Shown: one piece after another, positions 1 to 9,064 of the stretch | Layout: each line of letters begins with the position of its first letter | Position numbering within the stretch: position 1 is the stretch's first letter | Source: Gemmatimonadota bacterium | GTDB taxonomy: Bacteria; Gemmatimonadota; Gemmatimonadetes; Gemmatimonadales; GWC2-71-9 | Reading direction: 5' to 3' | Length of the DNA stretch: 64,000 nt | NCBI GenBank assembly: GCA_036679605.1 | Contig: JAZDCZ010000040.1 | Location: 16,545-80,544 of the forward strand | The notes under the pieces: generated by a model | Databases searched by the model: none | What the model saw: the letters and a program-made list of their open reading frames with translations, nothing else | Told to the model about the DNA's origin: nothing | Program-made: the position numbers and the translations under genes

Positions 1-5
1 TGCGG

Positions 6-848
6 ATGATACCGACCAATCCGATCAAGGCCGGCGCCGACGGCGATATGCTCCCTCTCATCGTCTTCACGTTGATCTTTGGAGCGGGTGCTTCGTTGTT
101 GTCGGATGAACTCAAGCAGCCCTTCGTCGGCTTCTTCAAGGCGGTCAACGCCATTTCCATGACCGTCATCGGCTGGATCATGAAGTTGGCTCCCTATGCG
201 GTGTTCGCATTGATAGCGGCCGTTACCGCTCAATTCGGTCTCGACATCCTCAAGAGTTTGGCTCTGTACGTTCTCACGGTGGTGGCGGGTCTATTGATCC
301 ACGCATACGGTACGTACGCGCTGTCAGTCAGGTTTCTGGCCAAGTTGAGTCCAATGTACTTCTATCGCCGAATTAGGGAGGTCCAACTCCTCGGTTTTTC
401 CACTTCGAGTTCCAACGCCACACTGCCGGTTACGATGACGGTGGCGGAAACGAAAATCGGTGTGTCCAAGCGGGTGTCGAGTTTCGTATTGCCGCTCGGG
501 GCGACGATCAACATGGACGGGACGGCGCTCTACCAGGGGGTCGCCGTAATGTTCATCGCACAGGTATTTGGCATCGACCTGCACTGGTCGGCTCAGCTCA
601 TGGTGGTGCTGACAGCTACCCTAGCGTCAATCGGCGCAGCGGGAGTGCCGAGTGCCGGGATAATCACGCTGGTACTGGTACTTCAGCAGGCGGGAGTTCC
701 TGAGACCGGGATCGCCCTCATACTGGGAGTGGATCGGATTCTGGACATGCTTCGTACGTCGGTCAACATCACGGGAGACCTGTCGGCAGCGGCCTTTGTT
801 GCCCGATCCGAGGGGGAACTCGTCGAGATGGAGGCAGCCAGCATCTAG
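6..848 (+). CDS. Dicarboxylate/amino acid:cation symporter (GltP/DctA family), 5'-truncated by window edge
   Basis: Family motifs FSTSSSNATLP, LPLGATINMDGTALY, GVDRILDMLRTSVNITGD; multiple TM helices. Confidence 0.93.
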   Translation: MIPTNPIKAGADGDMLPLIVFTLIFGAGASLLSDELKQPFVGFFKAVNAISMTVIGWIMKLAPYAVFALIAAVTAQFGLDILKSLALYVLTVVAGLLIHAYGTYALSVRFLAKLSPMYFYRRIREVQLLGFSTSSSNATLPVTMTVAETKIGVSKRVSSFVLPLGATINMDGTALYQGVAVMFIAQVFGIDLHWSAQLMVVLTATLASIGAAGVPSAGIITLVLVLQQAGVPETGIALILGVDRILDMLRTSVNITGDLSAAAFVARSEGELVEMEAASI

Positions 849-908
849 GAACAGAGAAGGATTGCCGGATAGCGATACAGACAAGTCCTTTCTATATTAC
901 GAGGCTAT

Positions 909-2225
909 ATGTTTGACGTCCTATCGGATCGGTTGGCCCAGGCCTTAAAGAAGCTCACCGGCCGTGGAGTGCTCACCGAAGAGGTGATAAAAGAAGGCCT
1001 CCGCGAGATACGGCGGGTGCTCCTCGAGGCCGATGTGAGTTACGAGCTTACTCGCACGTTCATGGAGAACGTGCGCCAGAACGCTGTCGGACTCGACAAG
1101 ATCAAGTCGGTGAGCCCGGGCCAACAGCTGGTCAAGATCGTTCACGAAGAGTTGGTTGTGCTGTTGGGTGAGGAGAGGGCGACACTTTCGTTCGCGCCGG
1201 TGCCGCCCACGGTTGTGCTCCTGGTCGGACTGCAGGGTAGCGGCAAGACGACTACTGCGGCGAAGCTCGCTCGGAGGCTCAAGGGAGAGCAGAAGGCTCC
1301 GTTCCTGGTGGCTGCCGACGTCTACCGGCCCGCGGCCGAGGAGCAGCTGGTGCAGTTGGGCGGCAAAGTGGGCGTGCCGGTTTTCGGACCTCGTGACCGG
1401 AGTGGCGATAGGAAGGACGTGGTAGGACTCGTCGAGGCCGGGTTGGTCCAGGCGGTTCGTGAGAAAAGCAGAACTGTGCTCGTCGATACGGCGGGGCGGT
1501 TGCAGATCGACGAAGAGATGATGGCCGAATTGCGCGATCTGAAGGATGCGGTCCAGCCGCACGAGATCCTTTTGGTCGCGGATGCCATGACCGGTCAAGA
1601 CGCGGTCAAGAGCGCCACAGGCTTTCACGAGGCGCTGGGCATTACGGGCGTGATCTTGACCAAACTCGACGGCGACGCGAGGGGCGGTGCGGCACTCTCG
1701 ATTTACGGGGTAACCGGGGCGCCCATCAAGTACATCGGCGTGGGCGAGGGACTGAACGATCTGGATGTGTTCGATCCCGAACGGATGGCCGGACGCATTC
1801 TGAGCCGCGGTGATGTGGTGGGCTTGGTCGAGCGAGCCGAACAGGCAGTCAAGGCAGAGGACGCCGAGCGGCTGGCAAGAAAGGCCGTGTCAAAGAAGGG
1901 GATGGATCTGGAGGACTTTCTGGTGGCGATGCGCCAGATCCAGAAGATGGGGCCGATCGAGTCGCTTTTGGGAATGCTCCCGGGTGTGAGCGGAAAGGCG
2001 CTGAAGCAGGCGAAGGTAGATCCGAAGGGGCTGGGACACGTCGAGGCACTGGTGCTTTCGATGACACCGCAGGAGCGTAGGCGTCCCGAGCTTCTCAACG
2101 GATCGCGGCGGCTCAGGATCGCAAAGGGTTCGGGACGAACTGTGCAAGAACTCAATAAGCTGCTGAAACAGTTTCAGCAGATGAAAAAGATGATGAAACA
2201 GATGGGCAAGTTCGGCTTGCAATAA
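909..2225 (+). CDS. ffh: Signal recognition particle protein Ffh
   Basis: GLQGSGKTTT, DTAGR and TKLDG GTPase motifs; Met-rich C-terminal M domain; upstream of rpsP. Confidence 0.98.
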   Translation: MFDVLSDRLAQALKKLTGRGVLTEEVIKEGLREIRRVLLEADVSYELTRTFMENVRQNAVGLDKIKSVSPGQQLVKIVHEELVVLLGEERATLSFAPVPPTVVLLVGLQGSGKTTTAAKLARRLKGEQKAPFLVAADVYRPAAEEQLVQLGGKVGVPVFGPRDRSGDRKDVVGLVEAGLVQAVREKSRTVLVDTAGRLQIDEEMMAELRDLKDAVQPHEILLVADAMTGQDAVKSATGFHEALGITGVILTKLDGDARGGAALSIYGVTGAPIKYIGVGEGLNDLDVFDPERMAGRILSRGDVVGLVERAEQAVKAEDAERLARKAVSKKGMDLEDFLVAMRQIQKMGPIESLLGMLPGVSGKALKQAKVDPKGLGHVEALVLSMTPQERRRPELLNGSRRLRIAKGSGRTVQELNKLLKQFQQMKKMMKQMGKFGLQ

Positions 2226-2240
2226 CCAGAAGGCAGAGAT

Positions 2241-2501
2241 ATGGCTACACGCATTCGTTTACGCAGGGTCGGTCGCAAGAAGCAGCCGATATACAGAATT
2301 GTGGTTACGGACAAGGCCAAGGCACGTGATGGCCGGTTCGTCGAGGTGTTGGGACTTTACAATCCCCGGACTGAGCCGGTGACTATAACGGTCGACGCCG
2401 AGAAGGCTCGAGATTGGATTGCTAAGGGAGCAACTCCGTCGGACACGGTACGATCACTGCTCAAAAAGGCCGGCGTCTTCGAGGCTCCGGCAAAGAGCTG
2501 A
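2241..2501 (+). CDS. rpsP: 30S ribosomal protein S16
   Basis: RIRLRRVGRKKQPIYRIVV...RDGRFVEVLGLYNP; canonical operon position. Confidence 0.98.
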   Translation: MATRIRLRRVGRKKQPIYRIVVTDKAKARDGRFVEVLGLYNPRTEPVTITVDAEKARDWIAKGATPSDTVRSLLKKAGVFEAPAKS

Positions 2502-2508
2502 GGCAGTG

Positions 2509-3030
2509 GTGGAGGCAGCCTACCTCGCGGTAGCGCGCTTCCGTAAGCCACACGGACTCAAGGGTGACGCGCTCATGTGGGCGCTCACAGATGAGCCCGA
2601 GAGCATTCTTACAGTTGGCCGCGAAGTGATCCCGATTGACGAGGCGGGCTCCCCTATAGGCGAACCACTCGAGATCGAGCGGGCCAGATCTTACAACAGG
2701 GGTTGGCTGGTCAAGTTCAAGTCGATCGATCACCGCGGTGTTCTGGAGGAGTGGGGCCAACGGCTGATCGGGGTAGCAGCGGCAGATTTGAAGGCTCCGA
2801 GCGACGACGAGATGTATTTGCACGAGATACCCGGAGCGGACGTTGTGGCTCGAGGAAGTTCGATTGGAAAGGCGATAGAAATCTTGGAGATTCCGGGTGG
2901 CCGGCTGCTTTCAGTTGATGTAGATGGAAAGGAAGTGTTGGTCCCGTTTAGGAAACCTATTCTGGTCGGTATTTCCAGATCCAAGAGAACGATCGAAATC
3001 GATCCGCCGCCGGGACTCCTGGATCTTTAG
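2509..3030 (+). CDS. rimM: 16S rRNA processing protein RimM
   Basis: KPHGLKG, EMYLHEI, EVLVPF, C-terminal PPPGLLDL; GTG start at 2506 or 2509 after rpsP. Confidence 0.93.
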   Translation: MEAAYLAVARFRKPHGLKGDALMWALTDEPESILTVGREVIPIDEAGSPIGEPLEIERARSYNRGWLVKFKSIDHRGVLEEWGQRLIGVAAADLKAPSDDEMYLHEIPGADVVARGSSIGKAIEILEIPGGRLLSVDVDGKEVLVPFRKPILVGISRSKRTIEIDPPPGLLDL

Positions 3031-3033
3031 GAC

Positions 3034-3759
3034 GTGCAGGTAAACGTAGTAACGCTTTTCCCGAATCTTTTTCGGGAGCCGTTCACAACCAGTATTTTGG
3101 GTCGGGCGGCGGCGGCGGGCCTGGTGACCTATCGAGTCGTGGATTTACGTGATTATGCCCACGACCGGCACCGGACGGTTGACGATTACGCGTATGGCGG
3201 TGGGGCCGGAATGGTTCTAAAGCCGGAACCGTTCTTCGAAGCGCTGGACGGCTTGGGTGCCGGGTCAACCACCTTGCTGCTGTCTGCACGTGGCAAGTCG
3301 TTCTCGCACAGCGACGCCGTGCGCTACAGCCTGGCCAATGAATTGACGTTGCTGTGCGGCCACTACAAGGACGTAGACCAGCGTGTCGCGTCTTGGCCGG
3401 GAACAGAAGAGGTGTCGGTTGGCGATTTCGTTCTATCGGGAGGCGAGTTTGCAGCTTTATCTGTTATAGATGCGGTTGTGAGACTACTTCCAGGTGCGTT
3501 GGGTGACCATGAGTCGGCGGCGACCGACTCCTTCTACGAAGGCTTGCTGAGTCCGCCGACGTATACTCGGCCACCAGAATATCGCGGCCATGCTGTACCA
3601 GAAGTATTGTTAAGCGGAGACCACGCTAAGGTGTTGGAGTGGCGCCGCGTGCAGGCAGAAGAATTGACCAAGAATAGGCGGCCCGACCTTTGGGCTCGAC
3701 ATGAAGCAGAACAGCGGTCCGGTGGGGCCGAGGAATCAGAGGTTTGTGACCATGAATAG
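3034..3759 (+). CDS. trmD: tRNA (guanine-N1)-methyltransferase
   Basis: [48 protein letters not shown]. Confidence 0.98.
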   Translation: MQVNVVTLFPNLFREPFTTSILGRAAAAGLVTYRVVDLRDYAHDRHRTVDDYAYGGGAGMVLKPEPFFEALDGLGAGSTTLLLSARGKSFSHSDAVRYSLANELTLLCGHYKDVDQRVASWPGTEEVSVGDFVLSGGEFAALSVIDAVVRLLPGALGDHESAATDSFYEGLLSPPTYTRPPEYRGHAVPEVLLSGDHAKVLEWRRVQAEELTKNRRPDLWARHEAEQRSGGAEESEVCDHE

Positions 3760-4099
3760 ACTGACTGCCCTTCGGAGAGAGGGACTCCGAGAAGATATTC
3801 CGGAGTTTCGCCCCGGAGATACGCTGAGAGTATCAGTGCGCATTCGTGAGGGAAACAAGGAACGATCGCAGAGGTTCGAGGGCGTGTGCATTGCGCGGCG
3901 CGGCGCCGGTGTGAGCGAGACGTTCACAGTCCGAAAGATTTCATCGGGTATCGGCGTTGAAAGGATCTTTCCACTGCATTCGCCTAACGTCTCGGAAATA
4001 AAAGTAGTGCGACTCGGGAGGGTGCGACGCGCCAAACTGTATTATCTGCGCAAGCTCTCCGGCAAGGCCGCTCGTATTCGGGAGCGCCGCGAGTTCTGA
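3752..4099 (+). CDS. rplS: 50S ribosomal protein L19
   Basis: PEFRPGDT...[12 protein letters not shown]...[11 protein letters not shown]...[13 protein letters not shown] at 3752. Confidence 0.98.
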   Translation: MNRLTALRREGLREDIPEFRPGDTLRVSVRIREGNKERSQRFEGVCIARRGAGVSETFTVRKISSGIGVERIFPLHSPNVSEIKVVRLGRVRRAKLYYLRKLSGKAARIRERREF

Positions 4100-4717
4100 G
4101 TGCGGTTCCCCACGCTTGAGCGCGAGGTGGCGCTCTGGGCACAGGGGCACCGCATCGTTGCCGGCGTCGACGAAGTGGGGCGCGGGCCACTAGCTGGTCC
4201 GGTCGTAGCCGCCGCGGTAGTGTTTCCACCAGGACAGGACCCCATCGAGGGTCTCAGAGATTCCAAGAAAATGACCGCCCGGAACCGTGAGAAAGCGGCC
4301 CGGGAGGTCCGTTCAGTTGCGCTCGCCTGGGCTGTCGGGGCTGCTTCGGTGCGCGAGATCGATCGAGTCAACATCCGGCTAGCCACCATATTGGCCATGC
4401 GCCGCGCGATCGCTCGGCTTGCGGTTGTCCCAGATTATGTACTGTTGGACGGGAATCCGGTCCCCGAGTTGGGTCGTGAGCACGAGGCGGTTGTGCAAGG
4501 CGATGGTCAATGTCTAACGATCGCGGCAGCCTCAGTAGTGGCGAAGTGCATTCGTGATCGTCTGATGGTGCTTCTCGCGCGGAAGTATCCCGCCTTCGGA
4601 TGGGATGAAAACAAGGGGTATGCGACGACCGGTCATCTTCACGAGTTGGACCGATCCGGCCCGACACCTCACCACAGAACCTCTTTTGCGCCGGTGGTAC
4701 AGCCCCGGCTGCTCTAG
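4100..4717 (+). CDS. rnhB: Ribonuclease HII
   Basis: GVDEVGRGPLAGPVVAAAV, DSKK, IAAASVVAK, NKGY, HHRTSF. Confidence 0.97.
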   Translation: MRFPTLEREVALWAQGHRIVAGVDEVGRGPLAGPVVAAAVVFPPGQDPIEGLRDSKKMTARNREKAAREVRSVALAWAVGAASVREIDRVNIRLATILAMRRAIARLAVVPDYVLLDGNPVPELGREHEAVVQGDGQCLTIAAASVVAKCIRDRLMVLLARKYPAFGWDENKGYATTGHLHELDRSGPTPHHRTSFAPVVQPRLL

Positions 4718-5724
4718 CCGGTCCGCAGGGCCGTTTCCCGCTGTCGCATCTCCAGGGCTCGTGTCTCGGCACCGAGTTGCGTGAAGGACTCAGCGGCGAT
4801 AGCAAAAGCTGCCGCGGCCTCGTCGACATGTTCACCTGCCGAGTATATCTCGCCCAATTCACGCTGGACCTCGGCCTCTTGAAATGGGTGCCTCAGGTCG
4901 TGGACCATCGCGAGCGCATCTTTGCCCAATTGTTCTGCTCTCTCTAAATCTCCGTCGAGGCGCTCCAGCGTCGCCAGTACGCGCAATGCCTCGACCTCAG
5001 CCAACCGATCTCCACGTGACTGCGCGAGCTTCTGTGCCCGGGCCAACTGTGCCCTTGCGAGCTGGGTGTCTCCCAAGAGAGCATGTGTCTCAGCCCAGCC
5101 TGCCAAGACCTCAGCTAACAATCGGAGGTCATTGGTTGCCTCGGCTGCGTCTACCGCCCGCTCGTACGATTCACGGGCGACACCGATTCTGCCCATCTCG
5201 CGCCAAACGTGGCCCGTGTTATTCCAACTTTCCGCCTGCCCGCTGAGTGAGGACACCCGCTCAAACAACGTCGTTGCCAGCCGGTAGTAGCTCAGTGCGC
5301 TGGAGTACTGCGCCTTGTAGAATGCCACGTTACCCAGATTGTTTGCCGTGCGTGCCCTCAAGAGTTGATCCGAGAGTAAGTTGGCCAGTGCGAGCGCGCG
5401 CTGGAATCCGTGCTCCGCCTCGTGCAGTTCGCCGAGCGCGAACGCGCCGGCGGCAGCCACATTCTCGGCCCGCATCTCACCGTCCGAATCGCCCAGCGTC
5501 CGGAACTGATCTCGGGCAGCGAGCGCCGCTGCACGGCTGCGTGCAAATTCTCCGAGCCTCCAGTTCGCCATTGCTCCAAGCAATCGTCCTTCGGCAGAAT
5601 CGCGAGCCGCATCGGGCGCGTGTTCGAGTGCCTCACGCGCCTCCCTGAACCGTCCGGTCCGAACGGCCATGCGCACTTGGCGGAGAGCGTCGTCTCGCTC
5701 TGCGAATCCGGGCGTGGCGATCAT
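4714..5724 (-). CDS. Tetratricopeptide repeat (TPR) protein
   Basis: Successive TPR-like helix pairs (ANNLGNVAFYKAQYSSALSYYRLA, SWNNTGHVWREMG...YERA); ATG at 5724 overlaps the upstream TGA (ATGA). Confidence 0.85.
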   Translation of the reverse strand: MIATPGFAERDDALRQVRMAVRTGRFREAREALEHAPDAARDSAEGRLLGAMANWRLGEFARSRAAALAARDQFRTLGDSDGEMRAENVAAAGAFALGELHEAEHGFQRALALANLLSDQLLRARTANNLGNVAFYKAQYSSALSYYRLATTLFERVSSLSGQAESWNNTGHVWREMGRIGVARESYERAVDAAEATNDLRLLAEVLAGWAETHALLGDTQLARAQLARAQKLAQSRGDRLAEVEALRVLATLERLDGDLERAEQLGKDALAMVHDLRHPFQEAEVQRELGEIYSAGEHVDEAAAAFAIAAESFTQLGAETRALEMRQRETALRTG

Positions 5725-7061
5725 GTCCGAGCTTCCTCTCCCCGTTCCAGCAGCCGCTGCAGTCGCGCCCGCGATATGTCGAGTTGGCGTGCAGCCGCAC
5801 TCCGATTGCCTCCGCAATGATCGATCGCCATCTGTGCTACGGCGGCCAGTATTTCCTGAAGTGGGGCTGGGAACGGGATTCCCTCTGCTGATGCACTCTT
5901 TGACAAAGCCGGTGCCGACACCAAATGCTCGGCCTCGAGAGTGCCTGGTGCTGAGAGCAAGAGAGATCGTTCCACGGCATGGCGCAGTTCGCGCACGTTG
6001 CCATGCCACGGATGATCGAGTAAAAGGTCCCGAGTATCTGCTGCAATCGTTGGTTTGGGCAGTTCGTAACGGTCGGCAAGAGCCGCCACGAACGACTCGG
6101 CGAGGATGATGACGTCGTCTCCTCGCTCTCTGAGTGGTGGAAGGGTCAGGCTGACTACGTTCAATCGGTAGAATAGATCTTCGCGGAACTCGCCTCTCTG
6201 CACCGCCTCGCCGAGATCCACGTGCGTGGCAGCCATGATTCGTACGTCGATTTCCTGACTCTTGGTGGCTCCTACGCGCCTGATCCGTCGGTCGTCCAGT
6301 GCGCGCAGCAGCTTTCCCTGGAGCGGCAACGGCAAGTGTCCGACTTCATCTAGAAACAGTGTGCCGCCCTGGGCCTCTTCGAATAGGCCGGGTTTGGATG
6401 TATGTGCATCAGTGAACGCACCCTTCTCATGACCGAACAGTTCGCTCTCCATTAGTTCGGAAGGAATCGCGGCGCAATTCACTGCGACAAAGGGACTGAG
6501 GCTGCGAGGTCCGCCGTCATGTAGACCACGGGCCAGGAGTTCTTTCCCTGTTCCGGTTTCTCCTCCTATCAGCACCGTCACATCGCCGTGTTTGATTACG
6601 CGGGCAGCCTGCTCGAGGGTCTTGCGTAACGCTTCGCTCTCGCCCGTGAGGGCGGCGAAGGTTGTGCCTGCATCCTGTGAGTGTTTGGAGGTAGCTCGTC
6701 CCTTGGCCTCATCGGCTCGGGCGGTCAGGGTACGTCTCAGTAGATCTATGTCATCGGGCAGGGCGAAGTAGTCAGCGGCCCCGCGTCTCACGGCCTCTAC
6801 GCCGAAACGGTGGGATACACGCCCACCCACCACGTAAACCGGGATCCGCTCGCCATGCTGTAGTGAGGGCAGCAGGTCGATGGCGCGATCCTCTTCACCA
6901 CCCCCGGCAACCAGGACCGCAATGCTTTCCGGCTTCGGAGTCTGGTCGGCATCGAGGTATTCGCAGTCCAATTCCAGCTCCTGACCGAACTCGGTCCACA
7001 GGGTACTGAAGGAATCAGTGAGTTTCACGATTCCCAGAGTCCGCCTGTCAGACACGGTCAC
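5721..7061 (-). CDS. Sigma54-dependent enhancer-binding protein (NtrC family) with degenerate receiver domain
   Basis: GETGTGKE Walker A, ESELFGHEKGAFTDA, LFLDE Walker B, FREDLFYRLNV, WHGNVREL, Fis-type HTH (GGNRSAAARQLDISR). Confidence 0.95.
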   Translation of the reverse strand: MTVSDRRTLGIVKLTDSFSTLWTEFGQELELDCEYLDADQTPKPESIAVLVAGGGEEDRAIDLLPSLQHGERIPVYVVGGRVSHRFGVEAVRRGAADYFALPDDIDLLRRTLTARADEAKGRATSKHSQDAGTTFAALTGESEALRKTLEQAARVIKHGDVTVLIGGETGTGKELLARGLHDGGPRSLSPFVAVNCAAIPSELMESELFGHEKGAFTDAHTSKPGLFEEAQGGTLFLDEVGHLPLPLQGKLLRALDDRRIRRVGATKSQEIDVRIMAATHVDLGEAVQRGEFREDLFYRLNVVSLTLPPLRERGDDVIILAESFVAALADRYELPKPTIAADTRDLLLDHPWHGNVRELRHAVERSLLLSAPGTLEAEHLVSAPALSKSASAEGIPFPAPLQEILAAVAQMAIDHCGGNRSAAARQLDISRARLQRLLERGEEART

Positions 7062-7834
7062 CCTTCGTCGCTTTCGTCGCCGTCCTCATCCTCGTCCTCG
7101 AAGGCCTCCAGCGACTGCTTGATGTTGTCTCTAATGAGGTTCCGGTTGATCCCACCCTCGTTTCCGGTGGCCGGGTGCACCAGTCCGCCCGTCAGTGACC
7201 GGAACCAGGTTGCCAAATCGACCCGGACCGTGACGTTCGTACCAACTCCCTCTGTCACGACCAAGGCCGGCACGAGCCTCAGTTCCTGCGCCACATTGAG
7301 ATCGCTCTCGAACAGGAACGCGTCTCCGTTGAAGGTTCCCTGTACACGGATGCTCTTGTCGATGAAGTCGGGGTTGGCCTGCCGGAACGCCGCATCTTCG
7401 GGATCGTCGCCGCTCACCTTGTGGATCTCGAACTCAATCTCCATGTACGTGCCGGCCGGCAGAGTTACAACGAACCTCCGGGCGGCACCGGGTACGAGAG
7501 GCAGATCTACTAACACGGGCCCTAACTCGACCTCTTCACACTCGGCCGGTTCGGGCTCGACATCACAGTCGACTGACGTGGCGCGCTTCAGGTCGATTTC
7601 CCGGAGCACCATCTGCGCGCGCGTTATGATCAGGGTGTCGGAGCCGCTGGTGAGCGTGTCGTCCAACATGGCGGCAGTGGCCAGTGTCAGGGCAGCAGTA
7701 GGTGTTGGAGCCGCCGCACTCTGAGTTGAGAACGAAACCGACACGTTGCTGCGGAGTTCTTCCGTACCCGTAGTGTCATTGCAGGCGGCTGAGGCCACCG
7801 CGGCGATAATCGTTATTAAGAGTTTCTTCCTCAT
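7058..7834 (-). CDS. Hypothetical lipoprotein with acidic C-terminus
   Basis: Signal peptide with lipobox ASAAC; beta-rich body; acidic tail EDEDEDGDESDEG; stop overlaps downstream GTG start (GTGA). Confidence 0.8.
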   Translation of the reverse strand: MRKKLLITIIAAVASAACNDTTGTEELRSNVSVSFSTQSAAAPTPTAALTLATAAMLDDTLTSGSDTLIITRAQMVLREIDLKRATSVDCDVEPEPAECEEVELGPVLVDLPLVPGAARRFVVTLPAGTYMEIEFEIHKVSGDDPEDAAFRQANPDFIDKSIRVQGTFNGDAFLFESDLNVAQELRLVPALVVTEGVGTNVTVRVDLATWFRSLTGGLVHPATGNEGGINRNLIRDNIKQSLEAFEDEDEDGDESDEG

Positions 7835-7978
7835 AAGACTGTCTCACGAGCTAGGATCGTTTTGCGGCCAGGTTGTCCTCGGCTACGCAATCTATTCGGT
7901 CCCACTGCCGGTCGAATTCGTTTTGGAGTCACGCCGCCCCGGGAAAAAGGGTGAGTAACGCCAATCGGCTGGTACTGG

Positions 7979-7994
7979 TGCAACGGGGGTGCCA
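7979..7994 (-). promoter_or_regulatory. Sigma54 (-24/-12) promoter
   Basis: Minus strand reads TGGCAC-CCCCG-TTGCA, an exact match to TGGCAC-N5-TTGC, pointing into the lipoprotein/bEBP/TPR operon. Confidence 0.85.
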
Positions 7995-8125
7995 GTGTGG
8001 ACCGAGCGGGCGAAGATCTGGAAATTGGTTTCTGATAGGGGTTTACGACGTTTTGTGTGCGACATCACCTTCGCAAAACACGCCACGAAACGATGCAGGT
8101 ACGCTGTTTTGGGACACCCCCGGTT

Positions 8126-8151
8126 GGGGGTCGGCGAGCGCGCCGACCCCC
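8126..8151. terminator. GC-rich hairpin downstream of the SWIB gene (possible terminator)
   Basis: GGGGGTCGGCG-AGCG-CGCCGACCCCC, 11-bp perfect stem; no clear U-tract. Confidence 0.5.
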
Positions 8152-8192
8152 CTTCGAGTGCATGGCTGGGACTGCCTTTTGCGACGTAGTGG

Positions 8193-8804
8193 CTATTTGA
8201 TATGCTTGCTTACCAACTTCGTCATTTCAAACATGCTCACTTGACCCTTGCCGCCGAATAGCGGTCTAAGCTTCGAGTCAGCGTTGATGTTTCTCCGGTT
8301 CTTACTGTCCTGCAGGTTGTTACGCTTGATGTAGATCCACAGTTTCTTCGTGATCTGTGTTCGCGGCAATGGACCGTTACCCACTACCGCTGCCAGAGCC
8401 GCATCAAAACTTACCGGCGCCATGAAAGCGGCGTTCGGCTTACGCTTGCTCTTTTTCTTGGCGGGCTTCTTCTTCTTGGCCGCCTTCTTCTTTGCCTTCT
8501 TCTTCACCTTCTTCTTGGCGGGCTTTCTCTTAGCCGCCTTCTTCTTTGCCTTCTTCTTGGCGGGCTTTCTCTTAGCCGCCTTCTTCTTTTTTGTGGCCTT
8601 GCGCTTGGTCTTCCTCTTTGTGGCCTTGCGCTTGGTCTTCCTCTTTGTGGCCTTGCGCTTGGTCTTCCTCTTTGTGGCCTTGCGCTTGGTGGCCTTCCGC
8701 TTTGTGGCGCGCCGCTTCGTCTTCTTCTTAGCGGCCTTTCTCCTCACGGGCCGCCTCTTCGCGGTCCGCTTCTTCGCCTTTTTTTTCTTTCTCTTGGCTG
8801 CCAT
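8193..8804 (-). CDS. Histone H1-like Lys/Arg/Ala-rich protein with C-terminal SWIB/MDM2 domain
   Basis: Long KRKAT/KKKAA low-complexity N-terminus, then LAAVVGNGPLPRTQITKKLWIYIKRNNLQD..NRRNINADSKL..LFGG..VSMFEMTKLVSKH; GAGGT RBS before ATG 8804. Confidence 0.92.
   Translation of the reverse strand: MAAKRKKKKAKKRTAKRRPVRRKAAKKKTKRRATKRKATKRKATKRKTKRKATKRKTKRKATKRKTKRKATKKKKAAKRKPAKKKAKKKAAKRKPAKKKVKKKAKKKAAKKKKPAKKKSKRKPNAAFMAPVSFDAALAAVVGNGPLPRTQITKKLWIYIKRNNLQDSKNRRNINADSKLRPLFGGKGQVSMFEMTKLVSKHIK
8590..8690. repeat. 27-bp coding tandem repeat (3 full copies plus 20 bp)
   Basis: TTTGTGGCCTTGCGCTTGGTCTTCCTC at 8590, 8617, 8644 and partial at 8671; encodes KRKTKRKAT on the minus strand. Confidence 0.95.
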
Positions 8805-9064
8805 TGGTACCTCAGAGAAGGGTGGATTAGGGTTAAGACCAGTCCATGCGCTTCCCAAGGTAAGAAATTCTCTCTATAGAACAAGCGTTTTTGGCTTCGG
8901 AGTTCGACGGGTTCTCACTCCGAGGCATTGCCGACGAAAAATTCGCCTCCTATTTAGCATGTGTTCGCGGGGGGAACCAAGCTACCTATTGAAGCGTTAT
9001 AGGCTATACGTACGACCCCTCCTCATGGGGATCGTTGCGCGGGCCACCTGTCCACGGAGTGATT

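Noticed and set aside
5725..6009. N-terminal extension of the TPR ORF in the ORF track
   Set aside because: It overlaps the bEBP gene; ATG 5724 coupled to the bEBP stop is the better start. Upstream extensions of rimM, rplS, susC, mltD-like, holB and higA were trimmed on similar grounds (overlap, RBS or motif position).
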